Origin: Albugo candida
Lineage: Eukaryota
Length of the DNA: 64,000 nt
Assembly: GCA_040437565.1 (NCBI GenBank)
Contig: JBDOQK010000005.1
Location: 682,001-746,000 of the forward strand
Reading direction: 5' to 3'
How positions within the stretch are numbered: the first letter of the stretch is position 1; the number at the start of each line of letters is the position of its first letter. Of this stretch, positions 37,389 through 48,797 are shown piece after piece. The notes beneath the pieces are model-generated. The model was not told the origin of the DNA, ran no database searches, and worked only from the letters and a program-made list of their open reading frames with translations. A program made the position numbers and the translations under genes.

Positions 37389-38413
37389 TGCGCCAATTTG
37401 TTTGTCTCGATTGTCTTTCATCGTTTGCAGTCGAATTATAAAATGAGCTCTCATTACTTTCAAATCTTTCATTCACCGTGTTGACGGATGTTAGAACCTA
37501 CAATTGCTTAGTCAAAGCATCCCGGGATGACAGAGAGTTTATGGGGTGAATATTACGACGGGTAGACGGCCTTTTGCAATTGTTAGTCATGTGCTAAGGT
37601 CCCATGCAAGCTACCAAATGTCGGACAATTATGAGAAGACAGCAATGCAGGATCAAGTCGTAGTGGAAGATTTGATAAGTGGCATAACCCTTTAACATCC
37701 TTCATAGTAGTTCTCACGAGGAAGCATGGCTGCGACCTATGTTTATATCGCGAGCCAAATACAGTAGCAATAGTTGTTTCTGGAATCTCCTTCGGCCACG
37801 TCTAATCGTAAGGTTTTATTCTAGAATTATGAATGAATTTTCATGTCGATGATTCATCTTTCAACGATAGAGTGATTCGCTGCCAAGTCATATTTCGTCT
37901 TCATCGCTGAATTGTGACTTACGTAATTACGAAGCCACCTCACTCTGGGAGATAGTATAGGCTAACTTACGTGGCATTGCATGCAAGATGGGAAGAAGTT
38001 CTCTAGCGCTGTGTTAGCGTATATTCACACTTATTGATCCTACGAGCTGCTAATATGTAGTTGTCTCTAGTATTCAGACTTGCTGTTCGTCGTACATGTC
38101 ACGCTTTGATTACTGATGAAGCTATCCGTCCGCCTTGACGCCATTGGATTAAATTCAATGAAAAGTAGACTGAGCATAAAAGAATCTTCTCTAGTAAAAT
38201 CGTTGGACGCGGACTGATCTGATTCTTGACAAGTCGACGCTTTATGAATGTGATCGAGAACATGAACACTACGTCCGAGTCTTGATACTCGATACATGAT
38301 GTGCAATTCAAATTAAATGAAAATCCAGGATCGTATTCAATGAAAATGAAGCGAATGCTAGTGCTATTGTTGTGATGAGCACATTCCATTTCGCTGAACA
38401 ATACAAAGATGAA

Positions 38414-39388
38414 TTATTCCACTTCCCTACACTTTTTCCTCTTATCACTTGTTTCTCCGTGTGGCGGAGGTGCTGGTGGATTGCTTGATGTTGGACTCAC
38501 TACATCATGTTTTATAGTTGGGTGTGGCTTGTTGTCCCCTGATGGCTCATCCTTGTGTTTCGGGTTCGGTTCCGGGACTTCCACTTTGGGTTGTGGTTGC
38601 ACTTGGGCTGGAGGATTACTAGGAGGCGTTTCTTTTGGTGGGGTTCCTTGTGGTGGGGTTCCTTGTGGTGGCGTTCCAGCCCCAGGAGCTTTTCCCGGAT
38701 CTGATTTTGGCTTCCCTTTCTCGCCATTAGTGACGGTCACGCATTTCTCTGTTTAAGAAGGTTAGATACTCAGCATACACCTCAAAGCAGTGGAAATCTT
38801 ACTGTAAATCTGAACTTTCTCGCCATGCAAAGCTACAGCATAGAAGATGAACAGGCATGTGTCTGTCACACAGCTTTCGTACGAGACTTTGATTATTGCG
38901 GGGTAACCTGGGTACGCTTCCACACAATTATCGTTTTGGAAAAGCGTTTTTCCGTCAAGAGTAGCCATACAACCTCCAGTATGCGACTGTATAAAGCCGA
39001 CCTTATACTCATCATTCCGAACGCTGCAGTAATTCAGAGACGACACATCTATAGGTTTAGCTTCAGTGTCGGTGCAAACACAGTCTGGCACAACCGAGTC
39101 TATCATTTCTGCAAGCGTTTTCCATTTTGTCTTGTTGAAGTGACCATTGAAATATTTGGCGTTTTCTGGCGGACTATTATGCTGAAAGTCACTAAAAGCA
39201 GGATCCAAGTCCTTGTATGCGACTTCGGCCTGGTAATTTGTGCCCATGCAACCCTCTTTGTTAGTCTGTAGTGGATGGTCAAGATAAAAATGCCCCTGAG
39301 CTGTTGGCATATGCAGTGCAATATAAATCGGGAGTAGTCTTTTGATGGTACTCGATAAACCATTTCTACAGTGTTGATTGAGTGCCAT
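38414..39388 (-). CDS. AA17-like secreted copper LPMO with Pro-rich C-terminal tail (intron 38749-38802)
   Basis: Leader ...PTAQG then His1 (HFYLDHP); GFIQSHTGGC; FQNDNC...YPGYPA; SYESC; FYAVALHGEKVQIY|KKC. Exon 2 encodes GTPPQ repeats and a Pro-rich tail. Confidence 0.85.
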
Positions 39389-41329
39389 CGCTTGTGCTTG
39401 CAAGATTGAATATGAGCACAGAGAAGCTCCTAGATGCTACTGATTTGTCATGGTGACATCAATGTGGCGGTACCCATTCGATTGGCTGTCATGCACACGT
39501 GTATAGAAGAATTTTGTAATATTGTGCTAATAATACGTGGCAAAAGAGAAGAGCGAGATTATGACGTTGAGTATAGCATCATCATCATAGCCCCATCTCT
39601 CTCTTTCGAGTAAAAAAAAGAAATTGGGGACGTATTCATAAAGGACCTGTAAAGGATGAAAATCTGTGTCGAGGGAATAATGCTAGCGAAAAATCAGCTT
39701 CTTATTGTACTCAATAGTGCCTGTGCACTAAAGCTTGGCTCGGATCCGTCATCAGTCATATCTAGCAGAATTCGACGATAGCAATTACTTGGGATGTGAG
39801 ATTCAGTCTGGATGTAGAAGGTGCTCAAGCAATTCACTGCCAAGTGCTACCTTATCTTGATTACATCATAAGATGATTGCTTATAATGNNNNNNNNNNNN
39901 NNNNNNNNNNNNNNNNNNNNNNNNNNNNNNNNNNNNNNNNNNNNNNNNNNNNNNNNNNNNNNNNNNNNNNNNNNNNNNNNNNNNNNNNGCTACCCTTGAT
40001 ATCATAACATGTTACTCATACGTTACCCTGCGTGTGAACATATGTACGGAACGTTTTCGTATTACAGGGTATATCACGTTGCCAGCGTTTGTACAGTCTT
40101 GAACCCACTTCTCGCTGTGTCACAGTTTGCTACTGGGTCGTCATTTTGTTGGATATACTGAGAGTTATCAAATGCATTGTCGTCCGTTATTCCCTTCAGC
40201 TTGGCAATTAGATAACTCGCTCACCTAGAAATGCATCGGAAGAAAGTTTCGTCATGAACGGAGGTCGTTGTAATGTAGCGATTGCATGTAAAGTACATTG
40301 AAATTGTCATTAGCAGACTCAACTCTTTCTCATCGCAAACAGCCACTTCCCTTCTGAGCGTAACACACTTCCATAGTACTCAAAATATTTTTAGTCAGAG
40401 TATGCTGTTTCTATCAGCTCAGGTGCTTATGAATGACTCTAATGTGAGTGCGCATGGGAATCGAACGGAGATCCGATAATTCAGCTATAAAGTGGTTGCT
40501 ATTCAATGTAGATAGTTGCGTTATTCATGCATCCTCTACGCACGCAATCGATTGCGAAATTGCACTCCACGTCCATTGTAAGTTTACATCGACGTCATAC
40601 AACGAGGACAAGTGCGAGGGCTATGCTATCAAGGCGTTTGTTCCTTTATGCTGCCAAATGCCAACCGTTTTACTATGCTCTTTGTATGCGCTGGAGCACA
40701 TAGCCATCCACAGCCAGTTTCCCGTCAAATCTCAAAGCATCAAGAATCCTTTCAAGTCGAATATCCTAAAGCTCGATAAAGTCTTTCCTTATAACTTAAA
40801 GTGCGGCTGAGCCTGTTCAGATGCGCATGAACAGGATCTTAGGACATTGCTCTTGTAGACTTGCACCAAATCAAATCTTATCGTATCTTGTTGTCGTGCT
40901 AGATCGATAAAGCAAGCTGTATAATTATTCTGACAAGCTTTTTTCCTACTTTCCTAACTTGTTGACCTTCACTACACGAAAATCACGCTGGACATCCTTG
41001 CATGAAAGTCGAGCAATCAAGCAGAAGCACTATGGGACATTGCTCGATGTCAAGCAGATTGAATGTCCTTTACTCAGTCTTGTGATAGCGTCACTAAATG
41101 ATGAATAGCACAACTTCTCCTACGAACACTTCTCGATTCATCACTATAGTCCTACTCTCCAAGTGAACTTATCTAGCGATAAGCAGTCCGATTGAAAGAT
41201 TACACCTCAGTTGACTCCATTATCATTATATTCGTCTCTCGTATTTCTAAGAGCCTCCACTTCGAAAGCACAATCTGTGCACTCACCAGCCTCTACACCC
41301 AAGCGGTGACTACAATGGCAAATAAGCCA

Positions 41330-44300
41330 CTAGCGCACCAATTCACGTGATCGTCCTCGTCTGTCGAAAAAACTATTATACACAGATATCATAACGATGA
41401 ATAAAAGTCGATACCCCATGGCACTTACATCTTTATTGGCATAGGCAAGTTCGAATCCATGTATAGATCCACCAACGACTCGATTTCTCAACTTCTCATC
41501 ATCCTTGAGTGTGAATGTGACCAGGCGAGCGTGTGCTCGATACAAATCATTGCTTTCTGTGAAGCGGTCGTATATACATTGCTAAAGAGCACAAATTGGA
41601 GCGAGCCCGTGATGTGTCTGCGAAAAAGTACCTACCTCTATAGCTTTGGCGAGATTCCCGTATTGATCGCCCAAACTCATTGTCAGCATCTCTATTACAC
41701 GTACTCGATACTCGTCCTTTTTTGATTCTTGAGTTAATGCATCGACTTCCCGGTTTCCTTCCAAATTTGTGTCACTCGATTTCAGATGCTCTTTGGAGGC
41801 TCCTGATACTAATTCAGCCTTTCCTGCACTGACAACTGATGCTGTAACAGGTATTTCTTTTGATGTTTGTTTCTGTAATTCACCATTGGTAGCTATCGAA
41901 GCAACTGCGTCAAGAATAGACTCTTTGGATCTAAGTTCCTCCACATGCCGAGAAGAATCTACATTTCTCAAACAAGGAATTGGCGGCTCCAGAGTGGCCT
42001 TGGAAGTAGCCAGCTGCTTCCTTGCATCATCCTGTATGTGAAGTTTGTCACTTTGTCTTGTTGTTTCGTCAAGCTGGTCAGGCTTCCTACTCGTTTTTGT
42101 CATCTCGTCACCGATTTGTTCAGCATCAGTCGTCCCATCAGGCACGACTTTCTCTGCATCTTTCTTACTATCGCCATTTTCAGTCTGTTCTTCCATACTC
42201 TGGCCGATCATTCTCTCTTTCACGTCACTTTTGCCAGCCAAGCTTGAGTCTTGACATTTCATCGTGCTCTGTTTTGACTTACATTTAATATCTTGTACTT
42301 TCAAATCCTTGTTCAAGGAGGCAATAAGATACTTTCGTAGAGACTTGGCTGTTTGTGCCAATGAAGGATTTGTGCTTTTGCGTAGCTTGGAAATAACAGG
42401 TGCAACCCCAGACTTCTCGATATCTACTTTAGTGATTTTCTTGGCTTCGAATACTTTGGAAAGCATAAGTAGCAATTCGTCGTGGTTGGCTGCTTCATCT
42501 TCACTCAGCGAGATCAATCGTTTACCAAAAATGATCCAATCAATGGGATCACTCTCAGTTTCTCTTGCTACCAAAGTGTGTGCAGCAACATCGCTCTTGA
42601 CTTCTTTCTCCTTTATAGCCAGCTTGGTCGAGTCATTGGCTTCTTGCGCATTTTTGAGTTCAAAATCAGACTTTGATTCCGGCGTCTGTGTTGTGGATTG
42701 TGTTTGCTGCGGAGTACCTTTAAGAGTTGCTCCAGGATAATTGGAGGGAGCCTTATCGTTCGCACTATTTGATGGCAGTCTCTCGCTACTTTCATTCACA
42801 TTCTTGTCTTCGACAATACCACACACGAGTTGTGTTTCAACCGGCGATTCCTTTTGTTTCTCAATTTGTTGACCAATTTGTTCCTCATCTCCCACTGAAG
42901 CATTCGGCATAGCTTCATTTTCATTTTTGGGCTTTGGTTCATTCGGCGTAGCTTTGTCATTACTTTTAAATTTTGCTTCAATCGACATAGCTGCTTTATC
43001 ATCAATTTTGGGCTTTGGTTCATTCAGCATAGCTTTGTCATCATTTTCGGGCTTTGGTTCATTCGGCGTAACTTTGTCATTACTTTTGGATTTTGCTTCA
43101 TTCGGCGCAGCTTCATTATCATATGTGGGTTTTGGTATGTTCGCAATAAATTTTTCATCATTCTTTGTATTTGATCCTGCAGGTTTCGGATTCTTGTTCG
43201 TAGGAGTTGATCTACCTTTCTTTTTCTTGGTTTCTACTTGATCTTTAGAGCCCTGCTGTGCGGAAATCGTATTCGCTTTTGCTGTGCGGTTCGTCGCTGT
43301 GCCTGTGTGCTGAAGAGAGCGCATGAATAAGTGGCGATCCGACATAGCAACATACGAGATCGAGACCTCTAAGAAATCAGAAGCACGTTCAATAGCAGGG
43401 CGTTTGTAATCCACCTATCCGAATAAACAGCATTTTTCTTCCAACGTACTCCGGTAAACAAGGCGAGTACATTACATCTGCATCCTCAATAGCGCCCATA
43501 AGTTCTTTTCGCCTCTTTGGCNNNNNNNNNNNNNNNNNNNNNNNNNNNNNNNNNNNNNNNNNNNNNNNNNNNNNNNNNNNNNNNNNNNNNNNNNNNNNNN
43601 NNNNNNNNNNNNNNNNNNNNNCCGACATAGCAACATACGAGATCGAGACCTCTAAGAAATCAGAAGCACGTTCAATAGCAGGGCGTTTGTAATCCACCTA
43701 TCCGAATAAACAGCATTTTTCTTCCAACGTACTCCGGTAAACAAGGCGAGTACATTACATCTGCATCCTCAATAGCGCCCATAAGTTCTTTTCGCCTCTT
43801 TGGCGCTTTTGCAGCCCCAACAGGAAATCCTTCTCGATACTTTTGATTGGTATCCAGCCATTTTTCGACGGATTTGAACGGAACAGGCCCACTATCAAAT
43901 CAGATTGAGGATAATCCTGCTAAAATCTCGCTCACCACGCTGGAATGCACGTACAAGTTACGAGCGCGATAAAAAAAGACCCAATACTTGGACGTCTCAA
44001 AGCTTCTTATCGCTTGCTTTTGCTGTGAACTTGGTAGATGTCTCGGATCGACAACTAAGGCTGGCCAATATGGATATCCTTGCATTTTCGCCCACACAAG
44101 CTGACCGAACCTAAAATAAGTGAATTTTGAGCTCAGGTTCACTTCCCAATGAATGACTCACATATCCTTGATTTCTTGCGGCAACGCAAGAACACGACTA
44201 TGTATATCGGACACTTCTACACTTCCAGCTATCAGTGATGCGGCTGCTATACAAGTGATTACGACAAGAAGATGGTCTTTTCTGTGCTCTATGGGTACCT

Positions 44301-44653
44301 TTACGTTTCCGTGAAGTGTTGCTAGCTTTCTTCTTTGCTGCTGAACCCGTGTTCGCTCTTTTGATCTTTTTTTTCTGCGGTTCTAAATCGGATTCAGTGT
44401 CTTCCTCATTTTCTGACTTGTATTTAGAGCTTTTTGACGTCTTATCAATGCTTGCAGTTGTCTTTGAAAGGTTCTTTGGCGATTCTGTTTTCGTTTCGGT
44501 TAACCGGTTCGTACCGTTTGTGTTCTCTTCCTTTACTTTCTCAGGTGAATGGCGTTCTAAGACCACCTTGTTCTCATTCGGTGCATCTTTTTCTACAATT
44601 GTAGGGGTAGATGCAACACTTTCTTCGGTAGCTATGTGGCCTTTATCGCTCAT
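41330..44653 (-). CDS. PWWP + TFIIS N-terminal + TFIIS central-domain chromatin/transcription protein (multi-exon)
   Basis: PWWP FGQLVWAKMQGYPYWPALVVDP; TFIIS-N-like DIEKSGVAPVISKLRKSTNPSLAQTAKSLRK; TFIIS-M-like YRVRVIEML...AKAIE...YRAHARLVTFTLKD..LRNRV. The 3' end is approximate. Confidence 0.75.
42900..43130 (-). repeat. Coding tandem repeat of ~39 bp / 13 aa (NE[PA]K[PSF]Kxx[DE]KAxP)
   Basis: About six degenerate units, e.g. NEAKSKSNDKVTP NEPKPENDDKAML NEPKPKIDDKAAM. Confidence 0.8.
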
Positions 44654-44836
44654 TGTGTCCTATTCGAATGCGTCAGGAATTACTATCCGTGTCGCCTCCC
44701 GAGATACTTATTACCGGTTTGGACACGAGTACGGCTGCTTCCCGACAAGTCGTACGAATGTTGCCCGAATGGTGAGTGGTGGAGAAGCTTCAAACATCAA
44801 ATTTGTCATTGATCATCGCCCAATTTCAAGACAACA

Positions 44837-45676
44837 ATGACTACGCAACGCGAAGAAGATATCAAGATGATGCTGGCGGCTCAGACGCACATTGGCACCC
44901 GCAATGCCGATTCAAGAATGGAAGAATATCTCTGGTGTCGTCGTAACGATGGTGTTCACATTATCAACATCGCCAAGACCTGGGAAAAGATACAATTGGC
45001 TGCGCGTATTATCGTCACCATTGAGAATCCTGCCGATGTGATTGCCATCTCTGCACGTCCATACGGCCAACGAGCTGTTTTGAAATTCGCTCAGTACATT
45101 GGATGTGCTTCTATCGCCGGTCGATTCACGCCGGGAACCTTTACGAATCAAATCACCAAGCAATTTCGCGAACCTCGTTTGCTGATTATCACGGACACTC
45201 GAACGGACTCACAAGCTGTGCGTGAGTCAGCGTCCGTGAATGTTCCGGTCATCGCTTTTTGTGATTCGGATTCTCCTTTGCAATATGTCGATGTTGCTAT
45301 TCCGTCCAACAACAAAGGCAAAACATCAATTGGTTTGCTCTACTGGTTACTTGCTCGAGAAGTCTTGCGTCTCCGAGGAAAAGTATCACGCGCTGTGCCT
45401 TGGAATGTCGCAGTGGATCTATTCTTATACCGTGATCCGGAAGAACTGAAAAAGGCCGAAGAAGCTCAAGCAATTGCACCAGAAGAAGCTCCAGTGCAGT
45501 CAAGTTGGAGTGAAGCTGCCCCAGAAACTGCAGCGGTAGAAGCACCTACATATTCGTCGGAAACACCTGCAGAATGGAATGCTACCAGTACAACAGAATG
45601 GACAACTACCACTGCTGCTCCAGCAGCCGCAGGATGGGATGCCACCCCAGCTGCTGCAGGTGGAAGTTGGGATTAG
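44837..45676 (+). CDS. RPSA: 40S ribosomal protein SA (uS2)
   Basis: Motifs [32 protein letters not shown] and [10 protein letters not shown]. Intronless, with an acidic Trp-containing tail. Confidence 0.98.
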   Translation: MTTQREEDIKMMLAAQTHIGTRNADSRMEEYLWCRRNDGVHIINIAKTWEKIQLAARIIVTIENPADVIAISARPYGQRAVLKFAQYIGCASIAGRFTPGTFTNQITKQFREPRLLIITDTRTDSQAVRESASVNVPVIAFCDSDSPLQYVDVAIPSNNKGKTSIGLLYWLLAREVLRLRGKVSRAVPWNVAVDLFLYRDPEELKKAEEAQAIAPEEAPVQSSWSEAAPETAAVEAPTYSSETPAEWNATSTTEWTTTTAAPAAAGWDATPAAAGGSWD

Positions 45677-45832
45677 GAAGAAATGACCAAATGCAGTGAC
45701 AATGATGTTGTCTACGCAATGAGTTTGCTGCTGTTTCATGCATGGAGTAGACGACGGTGTTTGGCGATGGCACCTGGTTAAATGCAGATAATAGCGAACT
45801 CAAGCATCATGTTACTCTTGTTTACCACTTTT

Positions 45833-48121
45833 CTATTTATCATCCATTCTTCCAGCCTTCTTTGCTCGCAAGTAACGTGACATGTACTCGGATGCACGAT
45901 ACTTTTCTGACCAAAGTATTCGTCCTATCCAGTTGTCACTCCCTCGCCGATTTTGGGCCCGCTTTTGCTCGAGTCGGTGGCCAAGAAGATCCAAGAAACT
46001 TTGGCTATTACGATCCCAATCATAGCGTTCTTTTGAGATTGTAAACCCGTGCTCCTGAGCTCTCTCCCAAAGTTTTTGATTATTGTAATACTTTTGCATC
46101 GCCTCTGCGAAATGCAGCTCATCATCCACGATGGAACCTCCCCAGAGATTTGTGCCGTTCACCGCCAATTCCATGCCTTCTGCACCGATGCAAGTACTGA
46201 TACATGGCGTACCGGCGGCCCAGCTTTCGATTATCTTTCCCTTGATTCCAGCACCAAAACGAAGAGGAGCAATTGTAAGTCGATACTGCTGCAGCGTTTC
46301 AAGAACATCGGTCGCACGTCCAAGTACATGCATTCCACTTGCTGCATCCTCGAGCTTCTTTACTCGATGTGTGTCCGCGTACGCTCCATACACATGGATT
46401 TCCACGGGGTCGTTGGATGAGGGCATTTGGTCGCGAAAAGCAGGCAAAATTCTTTGTTTAAACCAGCTCATCCCGTCATAATTTGGAGCGTGTTTGAAAT
46501 TCCCTATAAACGCGATATGCTTCCGTTCTTTATACCCCGCCACAGAATCTTTAAGAAGCTTTTTTGACTGAAAGTAATCACATCGAGCCAATGCGCTTCC
46601 ACTAATTTGGAACCGTTCTGTCAAGAGCTCTTTTTCTCTGTCGGAAACAAACAACGTCAAATCCGACCGATGAATGGATGCGAGTTCGCGAAGAACCTGT
46701 GATTCCACTGGCTGGATATCTATATGTGGACAAAGTAACTTTTCGAGGTTGTCGACTTGACTTTTCCTGATGAGGTGTTCACGAGCTTTTCGTAGAAAGT
46801 GAAGATCTTGCAAGTCAAGCACACGCAAAGCTTGGGATGCATACTTTTGAGCCTGCCATCCATACATTTCTTCGGCAATAAAACGATCGAGTATGATAAT
46901 GTCTGGAACTGTCTCAAGCAGAATGTTTTCAAATGTTGTGGAATTCGGATCAGCATGAATGCAATTTATCCGACGAGTTTGGATCAGCTCTTCCGTGTGG
47001 TGGTTGAGTTTGCTAGATGATACACATAAAACATCGTATCCACCCCGTTGTAAAATCTCAAGCATGTCGGAGCTACGGACGCCAGCTGCAGAGCTTGAAC
47101 TCTCGGGCCACACTGGACCAGCAAGAATCACTTTTTGCTTGCTTTTAGAAAAGACTTTCATCAGGTCGTTTTCATCCGGTGCGTCTTTTATTACGCTCGA
47201 TTGGATGGTGTGATTTGATCGTTTCATCTCAAGAGGTAGATACCACGACGTAGTCATATTCGCTTTAAGTCGGGCCTCGATATTAAATGGTCCCGGTAAG
47301 CCTTCCGGAAACTTTTGTAGCACGAGCTCCTGAAAGTACGGAATGGGGTCCTTGCTCAGCTGTTTACATATGAACTGGAACCATTTCACTCCATAAGAGA
47401 CATGTTCCTCTTCCTCTTTCACGATAAGTTTCACAATTTCGGCCGAGGGACGGTCTCCCATTGACATCAATTTATGAACTAATCTTTCGCCTGAATCGAG
47501 TCCTCTTGCTTCTTGCACCAGTGGAACGACCGCTAATCTTGCGCCTAAATCATCAGCGGTGTTATTAGCGTGCTCTAACAGAGCTAAATGTGCCGGCAAA
47601 GCTCCATAGTAAGATCCTAATTCTTTCAATCGATTTTGTACCAAGTCAAAATGGCGAGCTTCATCCACAGCAACCTTAAGGAAGTCACGATAGTATTCTT
47701 GAGGTAATCGATAGCTTTTTGGATCGAAGCGAACGATGGTATCCCAATAGTTATCGACAGCTCCGAGCTCAATGTGAGCCAATGCATGCAAAATAGCGAT
47801 CGGTACAGTTGTGTTCCAGTCTTTGATTGGAGGCATCTCTGTGGGCTTATAGAGACGCGGATAATCCATGTTTCGTGCTGGAAATTCTGGTGGATCCGAG
47901 GACCAATTCGAAAGATCAAACGAAATCTCATCGGCATCCCACTTTTTCTTGCATTCAAATGTCAAACGAACTTTCTGCATTGCATCCGGAGAACGCAATA
48001 CATTCTCACCGTATGCGATAAGTGACTGTATTGTTCTGTTCGGTTGATTAAGTCGACATTTCTTACAAAATGTTTGGCAGCGAAATACCTCATTTTTCAG
48101 ATGACGAATTTGACGAAGCAT
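45833..48121 (-). CDS. Fusion of a DUF455 ferritin-like di-iron domain and a GT-B (GT4-like) glycosyltransferase
   Basis: N-half LHALAHIELGAVD, DEARHF, VPLVQEARGLD, EEEEHVSYGVKWF. C-half VWPESSSSAAGVR, DRFIAEE, DLQDLHFLRKAR, FIGNFKHAPNYDG, APLRFGAGIKGK...GTPCISTCIGAEG. Single 762-aa intronless ORF. Confidence 0.85.
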   Translation of the reverse strand: MLRQIRHLKNEVFRCQTFCKKCRLNQPNRTIQSLIAYGENVLRSPDAMQKVRLTFECKKKWDADEISFDLSNWSSDPPEFPARNMDYPRLYKPTEMPPIKDWNTTVPIAILHALAHIELGAVDNYWDTIVRFDPKSYRLPQEYYRDFLKVAVDEARHFDLVQNRLKELGSYYGALPAHLALLEHANNTADDLGARLAVVPLVQEARGLDSGERLVHKLMSMGDRPSAEIVKLIVKEEEEHVSYGVKWFQFICKQLSKDPIPYFQELVLQKFPEGLPGPFNIEARLKANMTTSWYLPLEMKRSNHTIQSSVIKDAPDENDLMKVFSKSKQKVILAGPVWPESSSSAAGVRSSDMLEILQRGGYDVLCVSSSKLNHHTEELIQTRRINCIHADPNSTTFENILLETVPDIIILDRFIAEEMYGWQAQKYASQALRVLDLQDLHFLRKAREHLIRKSQVDNLEKLLCPHIDIQPVESQVLRELASIHRSDLTLFVSDREKELLTERFQISGSALARCDYFQSKKLLKDSVAGYKERKHIAFIGNFKHAPNYDGMSWFKQRILPAFRDQMPSSNDPVEIHVYGAYADTHRVKKLEDAASGMHVLGRATDVLETLQQYRLTIAPLRFGAGIKGKIIESWAAGTPCISTCIGAEGMELAVNGTNLWGGSIVDDELHFAEAMQKYYNNQKLWERAQEHGFTISKERYDWDRNSQSFLDLLGHRLEQKRAQNRRGSDNWIGRILWSEKYRASEYMSRYLRAKKAGRMDDK

Positions 48122-48797
48122 TCGAGTTTCGGGTTGCTCGTAGGTCGCGAGAATGTTGCAGACAGAAGACGTACGCCACTTTTTGGTTGCAGTGCGCGGT
48201 ATCGTGCGAAACGAGTGAGTCTGTTTGTTGCCATATAAGCAAAGTCAACTCGTCTCGTGCGTATAAGACCGCTAGCCGCCCTATCGGTTTATGCACACCG
48301 GGTTGACCATGTGCCCTCTGCTGTGTCTGATTGGTTCAGGACTGGAAGTATACACGCCTGTTGGATCACAAAATGCGGAGAAGATCTTTGCATCCTGACA
48401 TGACAGTCGATAGCGACTAAGTGTACTATACCCTGGATTTAAACTTAAGCGGCGGCTATTCGCTGGGGCTTGCCAAGGTCAAATGCAGCCATGAGCACGT
48501 CTAATATCAAGCATGGGTCTTGTCCACTTGACTCATTCATCAACGTAGCAGTTCGTCATCCGCGATGATGAAAGCTCGATTTCGTGCAAATAAGGCTGTC
48601 GGAGTACTCGTATCTGACTGAGTGTCCGCATACGCAAAGCAGTTGCTGTTGCCTGATAGGCGTAGCTACCTGCGTGCACAACACTGCAACTCGTTTACTC
48701 TGCTAGCTCTCAGGTTGATGAACTTCACGGATATTAACGTAATCGCTTTCTCAAGCAAGACAAAAAAACAGTTGATTTGAGGTATAAGAGCTGTATC

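Noticed and set aside
39990-41300. Possible further degenerate LPMO or secreted gene
   Set aside because: Only short Cys-containing ORFs, with no His1, HxGPC or QxY motifs found.
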